Shown one piece after another: positions 1-12,290 of a DNA stretch of 64,000 nucleotides. The position numbers and the translations under genes are program-made. Each line of letters starts with the position of its first letter. The stretch's first letter is position 1. This DNA comes from Phoronis australis (lineage: Eukaryota > Animalia > Phoronida): NCBI GenBank assembly GCA_002633005.1, contig NMRA01000418.1:79330-143329 (forward strand), given 5' to 3'. The notes beneath the pieces are model-generated. The model saw only the letters and a program-made list of their open reading frames with translations, did not search any database and had not been told where the DNA came from.

Positions 1-556
1 ATAAGTTGGTCAACAAACTGTAGTCTACAGTTAACCTGAACGTTCCCTGCCATCTGACCTGGCTTGAAAGCAGACGAGGCAGTGATTCAGCGACTGGTAT
101 GCCGAACGCAATAACTAATATCGATCGATTTTTGGTAACAACTATCGAACAAGACAAAGCCAGAGACTGAATCTTATTCGATACAAGGAAGTGAAACAGC
201 TCAAAATAGTAATCTCGTGCTATTTTACCGAACTACGATTTACGCGGGAAAGTCCCGGTCAGGCTGGGACCTCCGTCGCGAGCACGATTGTTAACGTCCC
301 AATAATAACATTACTCACTTTGAAATTTTTTCCGATGTCCCGTTTTATGTTCCTGAGCCATTCCTTTCGTAGATTTCCGTCTTTTGGAAAAGTGTGGAAG
401 GATACCGACGAGTTATTACTGGAATTGGTACACACAGGCACTGCACAGTACACCATGGCCAGCTGATGATCACTCACGAGGTTTTGTCAGTGTGCCTCGT
501 TTTCGATCAGTATTTAAAGATGGCGCGGGAAGATGGCGCTTTCGTGAAATAGGTGA
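1..556 (-). mobile_element. 5' end of an ISL2EU/Harbinger-group DNA transposon carrying a THAP gene (truncated by the window edge)
   Basis: Terminus on the minus strand is TCACCTATTTCAC...GCGCCATCTT, next to AT (557-558). Comparison with the empty host repeat at ~19700 and ~63833 shows insertion at an AT dinucleotide. A THAP exon lies 100 bp inside. Confidence 0.6.
319..456 (-). CDS. THAP zinc-finger domain, first exon (transposase N-terminus)
   Basis: MVYCAVPVCTN...SFHTFPKDGNLRKEWLRNIKRD matches the THAP C-x4-C...F.FP.D...R..W...I.R pattern; AAA|gtgagt donor. Confidence 0.85.
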
Positions 557-1036
557 ATGGCCTGGTCATCCATTCAGCCAAAAGTAGTTCCAGAGGTGGC
601 TTATCAGCCAATTATTCACGCATGCTGACTCACAATAGAAGCCTGATAAGAGTGAAGGTGGATAAATGCGGTGTTCCTACAGTTTCTTGTTTTAGTGGAT
701 GTGTTCACGACATGAATGTATTAGCGTAAAATCAATAAAAGACAGTTATGATACTTGGCGTTTCCCAAAGAGGACCCTTCAACGAAGTGTACAATTCTGT
801 TATCTCCATTTTTGCACCATTTCTCCAACATTTGGAAAACTTTATATTTTCAGCAATGTCATAATAGTTTGAACATACATGTACGTACCTATTAGCAGTT
901 CGTACAAGGGGATTTGCAGTTTCGAAGAAAGACTTGAACTGCGTTGATAGGAAACTGATGCTGTTAATGCTTCAAATGAAAGAGGTAGTGTCTGTCTAAT
1001 GTTAAGTTTTTAAATTTGAGAAAAATATTGACATAC

Positions 1037-1072
1037 CTCCACCTTCTCCACTTCGAGTTGGCTTAGTAGTGT
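1037..1072 (-). CDS. Gene A 36-nt stalk micro-exon (D)TTKPTRSGEGG
   Basis: aatttgcag|ACACTACTAAGCCAACTCGAAGTGGAGAAGGTGGAG|gtatgt; phase 1-1. Confidence 0.7.
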
Positions 1073-4000
1073 CTGCAAATTATAATTAAGTTTTATGATG
1101 TTAAGTATTCATATCTGTAAGCAGAAGTTCGTGCATGAGAAATGCGCCCATGAAAGCACCGCAAACGGTCTGCTTCGAGGGATGTTTATTTATATTCCAA
1201 AATGACTACTAGATGGTGCAAAATATGCCAATCTGAAAGTAGCAACAAGTCATTGTTTCTTTAATGGAAAGCTATTTACCAAATTTCATAAAAAATCATC
1301 AAAGAACGTCAGAGAAATATAGGAAAACTGAAAAAATGAAACTGCCACTAGGGGGAACAGCTTTTGCGGGGTCTATCCTCAAGTCGTCGTCCAGTGTCAA
1401 CGTCATATAACTACACTTGCTAAAATTAACAAAGATTCTGCAGTGGGTTTAGGAGATGGAAAAAATGCCACTAGGACGGGCTTGTACTGAAACCTACTTG
1501 ACCCCTAACCCGCTCGATCCACGATCTATGAGGTGCGACACCTCTACCCATGAACTGTGACGATAGAGGTATCTTTGCCATTTTTACCTATTACACAATC
1601 TTATTACGTCGCTGGGCACCTTTCCCATAAGACATACCTTCACGCGAGTCTGTTCTGGCTGAAGTCTGGTGATAGGAAACAGAAAGTGGCATGGGAATGC
1701 ATGTGGTCTTGAACAGCGCATTGTGAGCGCGCTTTATAATCGTCATCCCTATATCGTGCAAATCAACAAAACGCGCAGTACAGTTAGACAAGCGGCTTTC
1801 AATGGCACATAGAAACTTTGGGTGAGAGAGTACGTTAACGTGAATATAAATAATTTCATATTTTTATTATTTGCTTTACATTACTTTACAATCTACTCCA
1901 TATAACGCTGAAATACTTTTTCCGTTTTTGGCTTTCAAATTTGCAGAATCAACTGCCTTAATTGCAAAAAACAGGGAAAAGCAAGACAGCGCTTAAATAT
2001 TCTATGTTCAGATCGAGTCGAGCTTGTGTAGACTGGGTAGATGGGGTTCTGGGTTGTGGGGGTTGTGGGTTGAAGGGTCGAGTGGTGTGGAGGTTGAGGG
2101 AATTTTAGCACAATTCACTTGGAGGTGTCACATTAGTCAGTCATTGGAAAATCATCTTCAAAGGTGTTCATTATTAACTAAGAATATACACACTGTATGC
2201 AAATTTCCACATTTAAACTTAAAGCAGTTTGGTGATGACAGGTGGATGCCAAAAAGGCTCGAAAACAGTAAAGATAGCCACTTTATGGTGCAAAATATGT
2301 TGAATCCACCTGAAAACAAAAATATGACATCATTTCTTTAATAGAAAAACCATTTATTAAGTTTTACAAATCCGTCGAGGAAATTCAGAAAAACAGAGGA
2401 AAACGGAAAAAAAAAACTTGCCACTTAGGGGTGCACAGCAATCGTCAGATATGTATGAAAGTCGTTGTCGCCCCTTGTCAACTTCATATAATTCCATCTA
2501 ATAAATTTAATAAAGCTCCTGCAGTGGGTTTTGGAGGTACAGTTAAGGGAGCAAAAAACTGGCACTGGGAGGCTTCAACGAAGTCGAAGTCAACGGAAAG
2601 TCATTCATTGTCAGACATCCTTTTCACAGTAAAAAGGGCGACTAAGTAACCTACGTCAAAAAACTGCCACTGGGAGGCACCAAAATAGTCGAAATCAAAG
2701 GAAAGTCATTGTCAGCCATCCTCTTCACAGTAAAAATGGCAACTAAGTCAGACCTTGAATCCATCCGAAAACAGAAGTCGTCATCTCACTAATAAATACT
2801 AATCTACCAAATTTTATGAAAATCTGTGGATGATCTTTTAAGATAGACTGAGGTAAATGTGAAAATCTAAAATTTAATAAAGATCCTGCAAAGAGTTAAC
2901 ACGATGCAGGCATAGGTGTCAAAGTCAAACAAAATTGCCACAGTCTACCATCAAATTTACCTAATGATGATCACTGATTATTTTTCAAACGTCATTTTCA
3001 AGCTGCACAATAGCTTCATTTTTGTTATCCCAGCATTTCTTACTTCTCATTTGGTCAAATACTAATATTATTCTCGTGAAAGCGGCATAAGGACAACCTG
3101 CTATTAACATTCTGTTCTCAATGAGTTAGAGAAAAAAATTTGATAACTCCACATTTCCCTTTTTATTGGCTTATTTAATAAATATGTTTACCTAATAATA
3201 TATCTACTTATAAGTCAATGTTGAGGCTCAAGACAACTGGAAATGCAAGTGGGAAATTTTACTATGTCACAAGAATAACAAGAATGGTATGTCTGCTTTT
3301 TCTAATTAATACTAAATTGAGAGACATGAAAAAAAAGTGAAAGTTGCACAGAAATGGCAATGTTTTTGCACCGTACAAGAGTGTGGAGTGACGGTACGGA
3401 ACATACGACTCAGTCCGTAGTCACACTTTTTTCTGCATATTTCAGTCTAGGGATCGGGTTTCAACTGAACACAGAAGGGGCGTTAGGATGAAGGACTTTC
3501 CACCATGTAAGTGTATTTCTAAACTTTACAAATAACGAACAGCATGCTTCCATTCTAGGATGAGTGATGCTAGGCCCTGGACCCGGGCTCAGAAGGAGTG
3601 CTAGGACACGTAGGCTGATGTATTGTGTTTAGACACCGCCAATTCCATCATGGCAACAGTGAATACGAGTGACCAAGGTTTAACGCGGCCTTTGAGAGTT
3701 TACCACTCCGTGGTTCAGTTGGTTGTAACTCACTTATGTCTGCGGCATTTATCGTGTAAGTGGTTCAAGTTTGTATGGTCTCAAAGTCGATGAAATTTGT
3801 GGTCTGATTCTTCTAGTATTTGAGTGTATTCCTGTATCTATACTCTCCTCTCTGTCCGCATAATAGTTGTCAAAATGTGGCTCAAAATCGACCTCGTCTT
3901 CTGATCTGCTGAGTTCTGCCATTAATGCAGTCGATTGTCATGAGACCAAATATCTTCCTTCCATTACATCATTTCCAAATAACAAATTTTCCTTTAAAAT

Positions 4001-4154
4001 TAAAAAATGGCTACCATTTGGCATAAAAAGGACTTATTCAGATAGATTTTATGACATTCATTTCATATTAGCAAACTGAAACCTCAAAGACTAAGGAAAT
4101 GCATTGTAGGAATTCTTTACGTTAATTTTGAGTTTAAGAAAAATATTGACATAC

Positions 4155-4190
4155 CTCCACCTTCTCCACTTCCAGTTGGCTTAATAGTGT
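4155..4190 (-). CDS. Gene A 36-nt stalk micro-exon (D)TIKPTGSGEGG
   Basis: aatttgcag|ACACTATTAAGCCAACTGGAAGTGGAGAAGGTGGAG|gtatgt; phase 1-1, compatible with exon 3. Confidence 0.72.
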
Positions 4191-5769
4191 CTGCAAATTA
4201 TAATTAAGTTTTATATTAAATATTCATATCTATAAGCAACAGTTGGTGCACAGCAGAAAGATGCAGGATGCGAAAAGATACTGTGCATGTATAGTTGTGT
4301 TACATGGAATGTCCACGTTTTCTAAATGGCAATTGTGGCAATTGCACTTCATTGGAATAAATGAAGTTGAACGTACACAGGTATTCCGTAATTTTTTGGA
4401 TTCGAAAGAGGGGTTTGTAGCCAGGACCCGTAGATCTAATCTATGTCCACGAGTCTTTAACTGGCCGGACAACCTGTATGACGTGGTCGCAGCACCACCA
4501 CCACGTGGATTCTGGAAGTACGCCATTGCAGCAAATCCATGGATGACTGAGCAAAAGAACCTTCAAACAAATGGTGATCTAACAAAACTTGTGAAACTTG
4601 TCGATGAAGAATCTAAGTTCTACTCAGAACACCACAGTGATGTTCCATGAGCAAGGTGATCCCGACGATTGTCAGGGAAATTGAGTAATGCCTGAGAAGT
4701 AACTTGATGACAAAAGTAGTGTTGATTATGAACAGAGAAGCAATTCACCAGTCTGTCAGAATTATGCAAAGAGGTCGATTATATAGTATGCAACCATTAA
4801 GACCACTTGAACTTTTTAGCTAGCTAGTGAATACATCAAAAGAAACATGTCCCGTACAATATTTCATCAAAATTCCTCAAGCACCACGTGAGACAGGTCC
4901 GAAAATGAAGGTCAGATGTATTCTCTTCAACTGAAACACATACATCATAATACCAATATATCAATGATGGAGCTCGTTAGAATTTCAGATAAAACACAAA
5001 AAAGAAAAGAAAAGGCTGATATTGATTATCCTTTGAGCCCATTGGCGTAAGAGATGAACACTGAAAAACCTGGAGACGGAAACATAACAAAAATGGCCGC
5101 AGGGGGAAAATTGGTATCCAACTGAAAATGGTGAGGTGTCGTCGTCTCTATAATATCGAAATATTTACCTAATTTAGAAAAAAATCTGTCCAAAAATTGG
5201 GTATAGAATTTAACAAACAACTTGACACTAGGGGGCGAAAAAGAGGATAAACCACCATTTTATTCAAGCTCAACTTGAAACAGACAGCTACATTCAATAT
5301 ACACGTCTCACACCACACGAGAGGGCAAAATATTTGTAGCAATTATACGTAAGCAACATCTTCATTTAAGTACTGACCAAACTTGAATGTTAGCATCGGT
5401 TATAGGCACTGATGCTGGTTAAAAAATTAAAAGAAAAGAAGCCATGAAATATACATGCTCAATCTAATACGGCAAGGTGAAATTCATTGTCGAAACCCAC
5501 CAAATGCACTTGGCCCATATTATGGAACGAAAACTGCTAGGAACTGTACGTAACTGCTATGAAGGGATACGTTAACACAGCTCTCTCTAATAATGATGAA
5601 TTTCTATATAACAATTAGTTTATTCAATGTAACATCCACCAGTCCTGAGGTATGTGTTGTGATTTTTGATTCAAGAATCAATACAATAAACTAATTAATT
5701 TTAATAATTTATCTTTTGCACCAACTCAGTTTCAGATTTGATGGAGAAACGTTAAATGGCTTGAGTTCT

Positions 5770-6193
5770 CCCCCCAACGCCTGCCTAGGGAAGACCACTT
5801 GGCGTTCAAAAAGAGCAGAAATGATCTTCAATCTCTTTTCCCTACATCAGGGGGATTTCAGAACATCTACGTCTAGTTTATATCCCTGATGATGTCAACA
5901 CCTATAGGAAGCCCGTTAACAGCCTGAGAAACGAACTAGTCCACCTCAAGGATCCCACCCCCTCGATCCCCAATGTTGTCATATCTCAAATGTCCTGCAC
6001 TCAAGATCCATCTCATACCTACATCGGTGAGACTAAGCGATCCCTAGGTACCAGAATCAAAGAGCACAACAAACTGGACAATCCCACAAGCATGGGAGAA
6101 CATCTGGGAACCTCTGGCCCTACTGTAAGTGGCAAATGTGCCGAAACACTGTCTAAAGAAGAGAACTGGATCTCAAAGGAAGTTAAGGAATGA
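5770..6193 (+). mobile_element. Penelope-like retroelement 3' relic (GIY-YIG endonuclease)
   Basis: KPVNSLRNELVHLKDP...NVV...SC...TYIGETKRSLGTRIKEH...SMGEHL; a paralogous relic lies at ~56410-56835. Confidence 0.8.
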
Positions 6194-7539
6194 GACACAA
6201 TATGGCAGACAAGCGGAATTTTACTTTTTATTTGTTATCTAATTTTTACCCTTGTCTGTGTAATGTAACGGTCTCCAAACAATTGGTCAAATTTTGAGAA
6301 TTTAAGCTATTTACTAAGTTTCTGAAAATCAGAGAAATGCAAATTTTAAGAATTATTTTTGTCCATAATTGAAAAATTTAAAAACAAAGTATTTCATTAT
6401 GGGTCAAAAGAAACGATAAATGCTACAGTAGTTATTTTCTCTACAAACTTGCTGATTCAGTTCGTAACTTACGAACCTTGATCAGGTGTTTGAGAATGAT
6501 CTGTTGCATCAGATAATAAAATACGCTGTAGACAGTATTTGACTGTTGCTGCCTATACCAAAACTGACTGTGTCTACTTGAACGACCTCACAAAACCTCT
6601 AACTGTAACACCTCTGCGATACATTAAGCCAAAGTTTGACAAATCAACCGTTAGATCAAGAATTGGCAATTAGATTTTGCAATTTCAACCTGACATATTG
6701 AACCAGTCAATATAATTTGACCTAAAATCGGGACTCGGAAGACCAGACTTTAGAGCAATTTTTGACCAGGGAAATGTGAAAGGCTCACCATATTGAAGTG
6801 GAGCAAACCTTCAAGATTTGAAAGTAAGTCTCATGTTTTGACAATGCGTTGACATTTCAGAACATATGCATACAATTGTCCACAAATAAGTACAATTTAC
6901 ATAATGTTTACAATGATCCCATACACAGTACAATTTTTCAAGAGGAAAAAACAGAGTAAGTCTTCAGCAACAAGAGCAACGCGGAGCTTTGAAATGCGTC
7001 CACGAATGCATCGCAAATGGTGTGCTTTTAGGGTTGCTTATTTGTGTCATAAAATGGGTACTAGATGGCGCAAAAACATACAATCTGTCCGAATATGGGA
7101 ACATGTCACTGATTCTTTAATAGAAAGCTATACACAAAATTCCAACTTTCATAGAAATCCGCCAAGGAACTTCAGAGAAACAAAGGAAAACGGAATAAAA
7201 TGAAAGTGACCTCTCCCGGTGCATTATGAGCCATAATGATAGAATAATTGTAAACTCGATTAAAAATGTGGTTAATGCTAAAAATCACAGATGTTTTACT
7301 TTAAAGTGTAAATTGCAAGGTCTCAACCAATCTGAACAACAATATGCTCTAAATTCGTGTTTATAATTATTCTTGCTATATTCTTAACATTAACTGAGTT
7401 GTACGTCGCTATAAAAAGTTATTTACATATTTGTTGCCGTGGCGTTGTAACGCCATTGTTGTAACGGAAAATAGAAACGGCGCCATTTTCCTTCGTTACA
7501 CATCTGTGACGTGGTGTTGGGGAACACAAAGAAAACAAT

Positions 7540-9340
7540 ATGGATCCCAGTGAGTACAGCAGCGTAGATGAAGAATATTTTGAAAGATACAGGGAGGGTC
7601 AGGTGGAGTTTTCAGACGATTCTGACGTTTCGGATGTGGAGGAGGAGGCGACAGACCCCATAGGAACCGTTGAATTTGTGCTCACACCTTCTCTCTAGTA
7701 GAACCGTTTCCCTTGCTCCGGTTGTCGACGATCCAGCCCCAGCCGGTTCGTGCAGTGAATATCAACGGGCAGAAGGTGCGCAGGAGTTGCGACAGAATGT
7801 TAGTGACTGGTAAGAATATTATAAATATGCATCATACTACCGCGAATTACTACTTGGTCTTTTTTAATTTTAAGTTCAGTAGCTTTACCGGTCACTCCCA
7901 GGCGCTCTCGTCCCCACTGATGAATCATTTTTCAGCCGTGGATAAGTACCAGTTTCAGTGATAAAAAATGGGACTCGTTGCACTTACGCAAATCACTCAA
8001 CAATGTGTGGTCTTTCATTATTTGTAGACAGTGGCGCATTGGTTTGGGCCCCGGACTCTTGTTTGTGAGACTCGGGTTCGAATCCTGGCTTTCACTGGCA
8101 GACAATTGGGCATTGTACGAAGTTGTCTCCTACTCCCCTGAGCTCAGTCTTACTAGTGAGTGAATAAATGTATGCATGGGAAAGAATGAGAACCACCTCC
8201 CAATACTCAACTGTGTAGTGTAAACAAGAGGAAAAAAGAATTGCAATTTTGCAACTTAGACTTTCTTACCTGGGGGCCGGAGGGAATTCCATGGGTTATA
8301 AAACAGGTCACTTCATTTTCATACTCTAGGGCCAAGTCAACTTGGACCCAGAGCAATGTACACACGTTTTTCTAACCAGGTTTAGTTTGTGTAAGTCAAT
8401 GCTTTCATGCCTATGTACCTAATGTTGCTGTTATTTGTGAAAATTGGTACATGGCTTGGGTGCGAGTTGACTTGGGAAGGAACCGTCTGGTAAAGTTTCT
8501 AAAGAGTATAGAAGGCATCGGATATTGAGAAGTTTTTAAAAATGTTTACTGTAATATTCACGATTATTAACAAAACAGACCCCTCCATCAATGAATCAGG
8601 TGTCAGCAAATCAAACTAAGTATGTCCATTCCTATATATATATCCCCCAGGCATGATCTGCCACTGCCCTGGGTGTAGCAGTATTCATTTGTATGAAAAG
8701 TAAATATCTTTACTATTTATGTGATGTTTCAAAGCTTGTTTTTTGGAATTTAGTTTCATTTTTGTTCTGTTTTAAACAGGTCGCTGCTCAACAATCAGTC
8801 TTCTCGAAAACTGAGGTCATTGCAAACCCTCAATTAATTTGGCCGAGACACTCTTGGTAAATCAGTAATTTTTTCAATTCGACATTTTGATGTTTACTAA
8901 AGTAATGTATACATATTGTCACATCTTGCAGGTGCACGTGTGACAACTGTCAGACTACTGCAGTCATTGAAGAAAGAGTATGTTGTCAAGAAGTCGACAA
9001 AGTTATTGCTAAACTTGAGGACGAAATGAAGAGGGACAACTTAAACGGAAGAAAAAAATGTATCGTGTACCATGGAAGTTTTCAACCTGTGTGCATCAAT
9101 CGTGATGTTTTGGAGACTGCATGGTTGCAGTATAAAAGCCAATATCCGGATGGCTATGACGGACCCTTTGATAAAAGGATGCGACACATAGCCTACAGAC
9201 AGTTCCAAAGATGGGTGCATGGTCACCTAGGACGAACTGTCCGTGTTGTAATTCCAGCATGCGCAGTAGCCTGCATCAGAGCTTTTTACCCTCCACCGGG
9301 AAATGAGGAGGACTTTGAGTTTCAAGGGTTTTCTTATTAG
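7540..9340 (+). pseudogene. KolX / P2X7 cytoplasmic-ballast (Nanor-like) domain protein; exons 7540-7809 (frameshifted) and 8932-9340 (intact)
   Basis: Acidic exon 1 ends SD-TG|gtaag. Exon 2 (cag|G) gives WCTCDNC..EERVCCQE..CIVYHGSF..VCINRDVL..RMRHIAYRQFQRWVHGHLG..R.VIPACAV..IRAFYP..FQGF*, collinear with the P2X7 C-terminal motifs (WCQCGSC..CC..LRHCAYR..LPSCC..IRKEFP..YSGF). TAGTAG stops occur near 7697 in exon 1. Confidence 0.88.
8030..8110 (+). mobile_element. tRNA-derived SINE-like head in the KolX intron
   Basis: A box TGGCGCATTGG and B box GGTTCGAATCC at tRNA-like spacing; no intact cloverleaf. Confidence 0.5.
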
Positions 9341-10204
9341 TTTCATTTATGTATATATATATCGAGTTGTCTTATCCCTGGAATGCCAACTCCAGCTCAT
9401 TACCTAAGTACTCTATTACTAAAACTTGTGACTCGGGGAGTATCTACTTTGGACGAGTTGAAATAAGTGACAAGTTCCATAGAGAGAACAAATATCCTAA
9501 CAAACGAATGCAATCACAGCGCAATCTCAGTGGTACAAAAATGAAGTTGGCATTCCATGATGGATTTCTGTGTTTTCAGAATGGTAAACAATTGACAAAG
9601 AAAGTAGCATATATTGATGTTCAGGAACTTATAGTGACATGGTCATGACAAGTGTAATGTTACTAGAACTACATTATAAACCTCTAAACTCAACATCAGT
9701 TATGGTTTACTTAGGAATTGGTCTCACTGGAGTTGTTAGTGAGTTTCAAGTGAACACATTCAACAATATTGCTGTTACATAAAAATCTGGACTATTGTCT
9801 GAGGTAGAGACTGAATCTCCTGCCCTCTTCTTATACAGTAGGACTCGTTACATTGGTAGTGCTTCATTGGAAACTAGAAAGGCTAGCATGCATTAATTCC
9901 TGTAACGCCTCCAAGTAACTTTGACTTCGATGAAATATCTGTCTCACTGGCTCCAACTTACCGAGTTCTACTGTAATTCAACAAGACATTAACTACCATG
10001 ACGTGGCAAACTACTGAATTTCCACCCAAAAGCTCCAGTATGCAATAGCTTCAGATGTCTATGACATGGTATAAAACACACAAAATTATACACATGTATA
10101 GGAAGTGAGAAATCTGGAGAGAGTGCTTGGACCACTCGCAAAAAAACTCGCAAGAAAATGTTAGACAGTAGAGTTGGGATTCTGTGCAAATGATTATTCT
10201 GTCG

Positions 10205-10593
10205 TACAATTTGAATGATATTGGCAGACACGAGAAGACTGACGACCCATGTATATTTTCATCACTACCAATGTTTTAGGGTTTTTTTTTGAAAGCTGTA
10301 CAGATAGCAATGCTAGAGTATTTATAGTACCAGTATTGGAAATCGTGAAACACTTTTGAGCGTGCCATATGGCTGTCCGCTTTGTATAAACCCTGCGACA
10401 TACTATGTTCTAACATTGAAACATTTCAATGTTACTTCAATATAATGACTATAAATATTGTGGCATAGCTTTTAGGTTTATTTGATTAACAGTAAACTGT
10501 TGCCGTCCCATATAATGCATCGGTAAGGGGGCGAAAAGGTACCTGTGTGGGTCGTCAGTCTTTTCGTGCCCCAATATCATTCATTGTCATGTA
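10205..10593. mobile_element. MITE nested in the Kolobok
   Basis: Inverted ends TGAATGATATTGGcagaCACGAGAAGACTGACGACCCA and TGGGTCGTCAGTCTTTTCGTGccCCAATATCATTCA. Confidence 0.65.
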
Positions 10594-10640
10594 TGTGATG
10601 GAAAGAAATATCAGTACTGTCCATTGACAAAACAAGCAGT

Positions 10641-10822
10641 CTAATTGAATTTGTCTGGATATCGGCTCCTCATCCGTGCCACGGCCTCCTCCTTGGACAC
10701 GTCTGGAGCACCAGCACTCAGCATTGGAGGGGCGTCAATTTCCAAACAAATTTCGAGGTCACTGGCTTCTCTTTTATTTCGCAACAAGTGTAACGTATTC
10801 TTCCTTACTTCGTTCACATACT
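10641..10822 (-). pseudogene. Kolobok transposase last exon
   Basis: ttttcag acceptor; YVNEVR...APPMLSAGAPDVSKEEAVARMRSRY resembles the PPPL...KEEA...SRF C-terminus of Kolobok transposases. No DDE core lies between it and exon 1. Confidence 0.65.
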
Positions 10823-11155
10823 CTGAAAAGCACAACTGCAATTTAAAGTAAAAATCATTTTGAATCAATGATTTAAGTTAAACACGACGTCACCTAAGTG
10901 CAAGTTTTCGCCTACTTTTATAACCTTCAAGCAAAGGCCAAAACCAGAGTTAACCCTGTTTTATTTTTGAAGCAGGTTACTTTAATAATCAAAACCGTGC
11001 AACTTAAGTACCATCGTTAGAACAGTTCAAACTTTTGTCAGCACACCACCATCTATTACTTGGTTGACAAAACCCCACAAAGAACCTCCTGATGCTCAAA
11101 TACAGTGGTCTCTGATATTCAGAAGCGCACCATAGCCTCGTAGGGGGGGGGGGGC

Positions 11156-11250
11156 TGTAGTAATAGCCGAGATTACCCGACTCAGGAATCGAACCCACGA
11201 CCCCCATAAAACCGGCAAGCGTGCTAACCATTCAGCTAATAGGCAATTTC
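11156..11250 (-). mobile_element. tRNA-like (Pol III A/B box) repeat
   Basis: Minus strand TAGCTGAATGGTTAG ... GGTTCGATTCC. Confidence 0.5.
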
Positions 11251-11765
11251 CCATTAGCGAGTAGCTAACAGAGGCTCATATGATTCACCGGAAGCACATC
11301 TACAACAGGGCTATAGTACATGTATGTAGTTACTTCAGAGCTGGGCCGCCCATCGGCATGGGCGGTGTGCACCATAGGGGGCTGATGGTATTGTCCCCCC
11401 AAGTGCTGCTCTCCCCATAGTACCAGGTGTATATCTCCACTCTAATTTGGCTGAAGACAATGATTCTCAAAAATATGATACCCTAAATGATCCTTACTGA
11501 CTTCGCGTGACTTGACTTTGAGAACCATCAGCAAATGAAATTGCATTGGGTCAACATGATGCTCAACTAGCGCTGCTACACACACAACACCAAGAACAGT
11601 TGAATCAACAAATAGCCTACTGGGCAACATTCCAAAGAAATACCACCGGCAACACTCAGCAATTGTTGACCGCGAGAACTATGGTGATTGCGAAAAAAGA
11701 TCGTTATAGTTCAAGCACTGAGAAAGCGTCATGGATATAAGCCATAAATTATGAAGATAACTTAC

Positions 11766-12012
11766 CTTTTCACAAGACCAGCTTCAAACTTCATGATATG
11801 TTTGTCGTCGAAGCAGCCGTCCTCAAAGTGGTCGGAGCATATTTCGGCTCCGACAGACTGGCCGACTCGACAGTCATTTTACAATGACGAGCAGTGCACA
11901 CGAAAACGTGCCATTTCGCGGCCAGATGCTTGTCTTTGGGAAACCTAAATAGGGTCACGCCTTCCACCTGGCTGGTGTTAGCACAGTTGGCGCACACACA
12001 CCGATGTACCAT
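11766..12012 (-). pseudogene. Kolobok transposase exon 1: THAP domain with one frameshift
   Basis: MVHRCVCANCAN...LFRFPKD...KW..FV, then in a shifted frame EICSDHFEDGCFDD, completing C2CH; AG|gtaag donor. Confidence 0.85.
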
Positions 12013-12290
12013 GTCTAAATCACGCCAAGATTGAACGCTCCTTGTTCGTCTTCCACTGTTTTGTATGTGCGGTAAACTGCATTGTGGGATATTGATCTAG
12101 TTTGTGTTCCCCAACACCATGTCACGGTGTCAAAGGTCAACTTTTCGCGGATTTTTTTTAATTTTCGCTTTTTAACGTAACTACAGACACAATAACATGA
12201 TAATTGGAAGAAGATATATCCAACTAACAATATCTTGAAAATATTATTACAATTTAACATATTACTTAGACATTGCAATTTACACTTTAA

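Larger units (their letters stand above)
7305..12286. mobile_element. Kolobok DNA transposon, internally deleted (~5.0 kb)
   Basis: TTAA|AGTGTAAATTGCAA ... TTGCAATTTACACT|TTAA: perfect 14-bp TIRs with a TTAA TSD. Convergent KolX-like (+) and THAP-transposase (-) genes. The flanks rejoin into a repeat unit seen intact at ~12500-12650. Confidence 0.92.

Noticed and set aside
4243-4650. 135-aa ORF, repeated at 54598-54921
   Set aside because: It lies in the duplicated intron unit between micro-exons. Homologous units (~51000-51200, ~52950-53190) are not open, the copies differ by indels, and no domain is recognisable.
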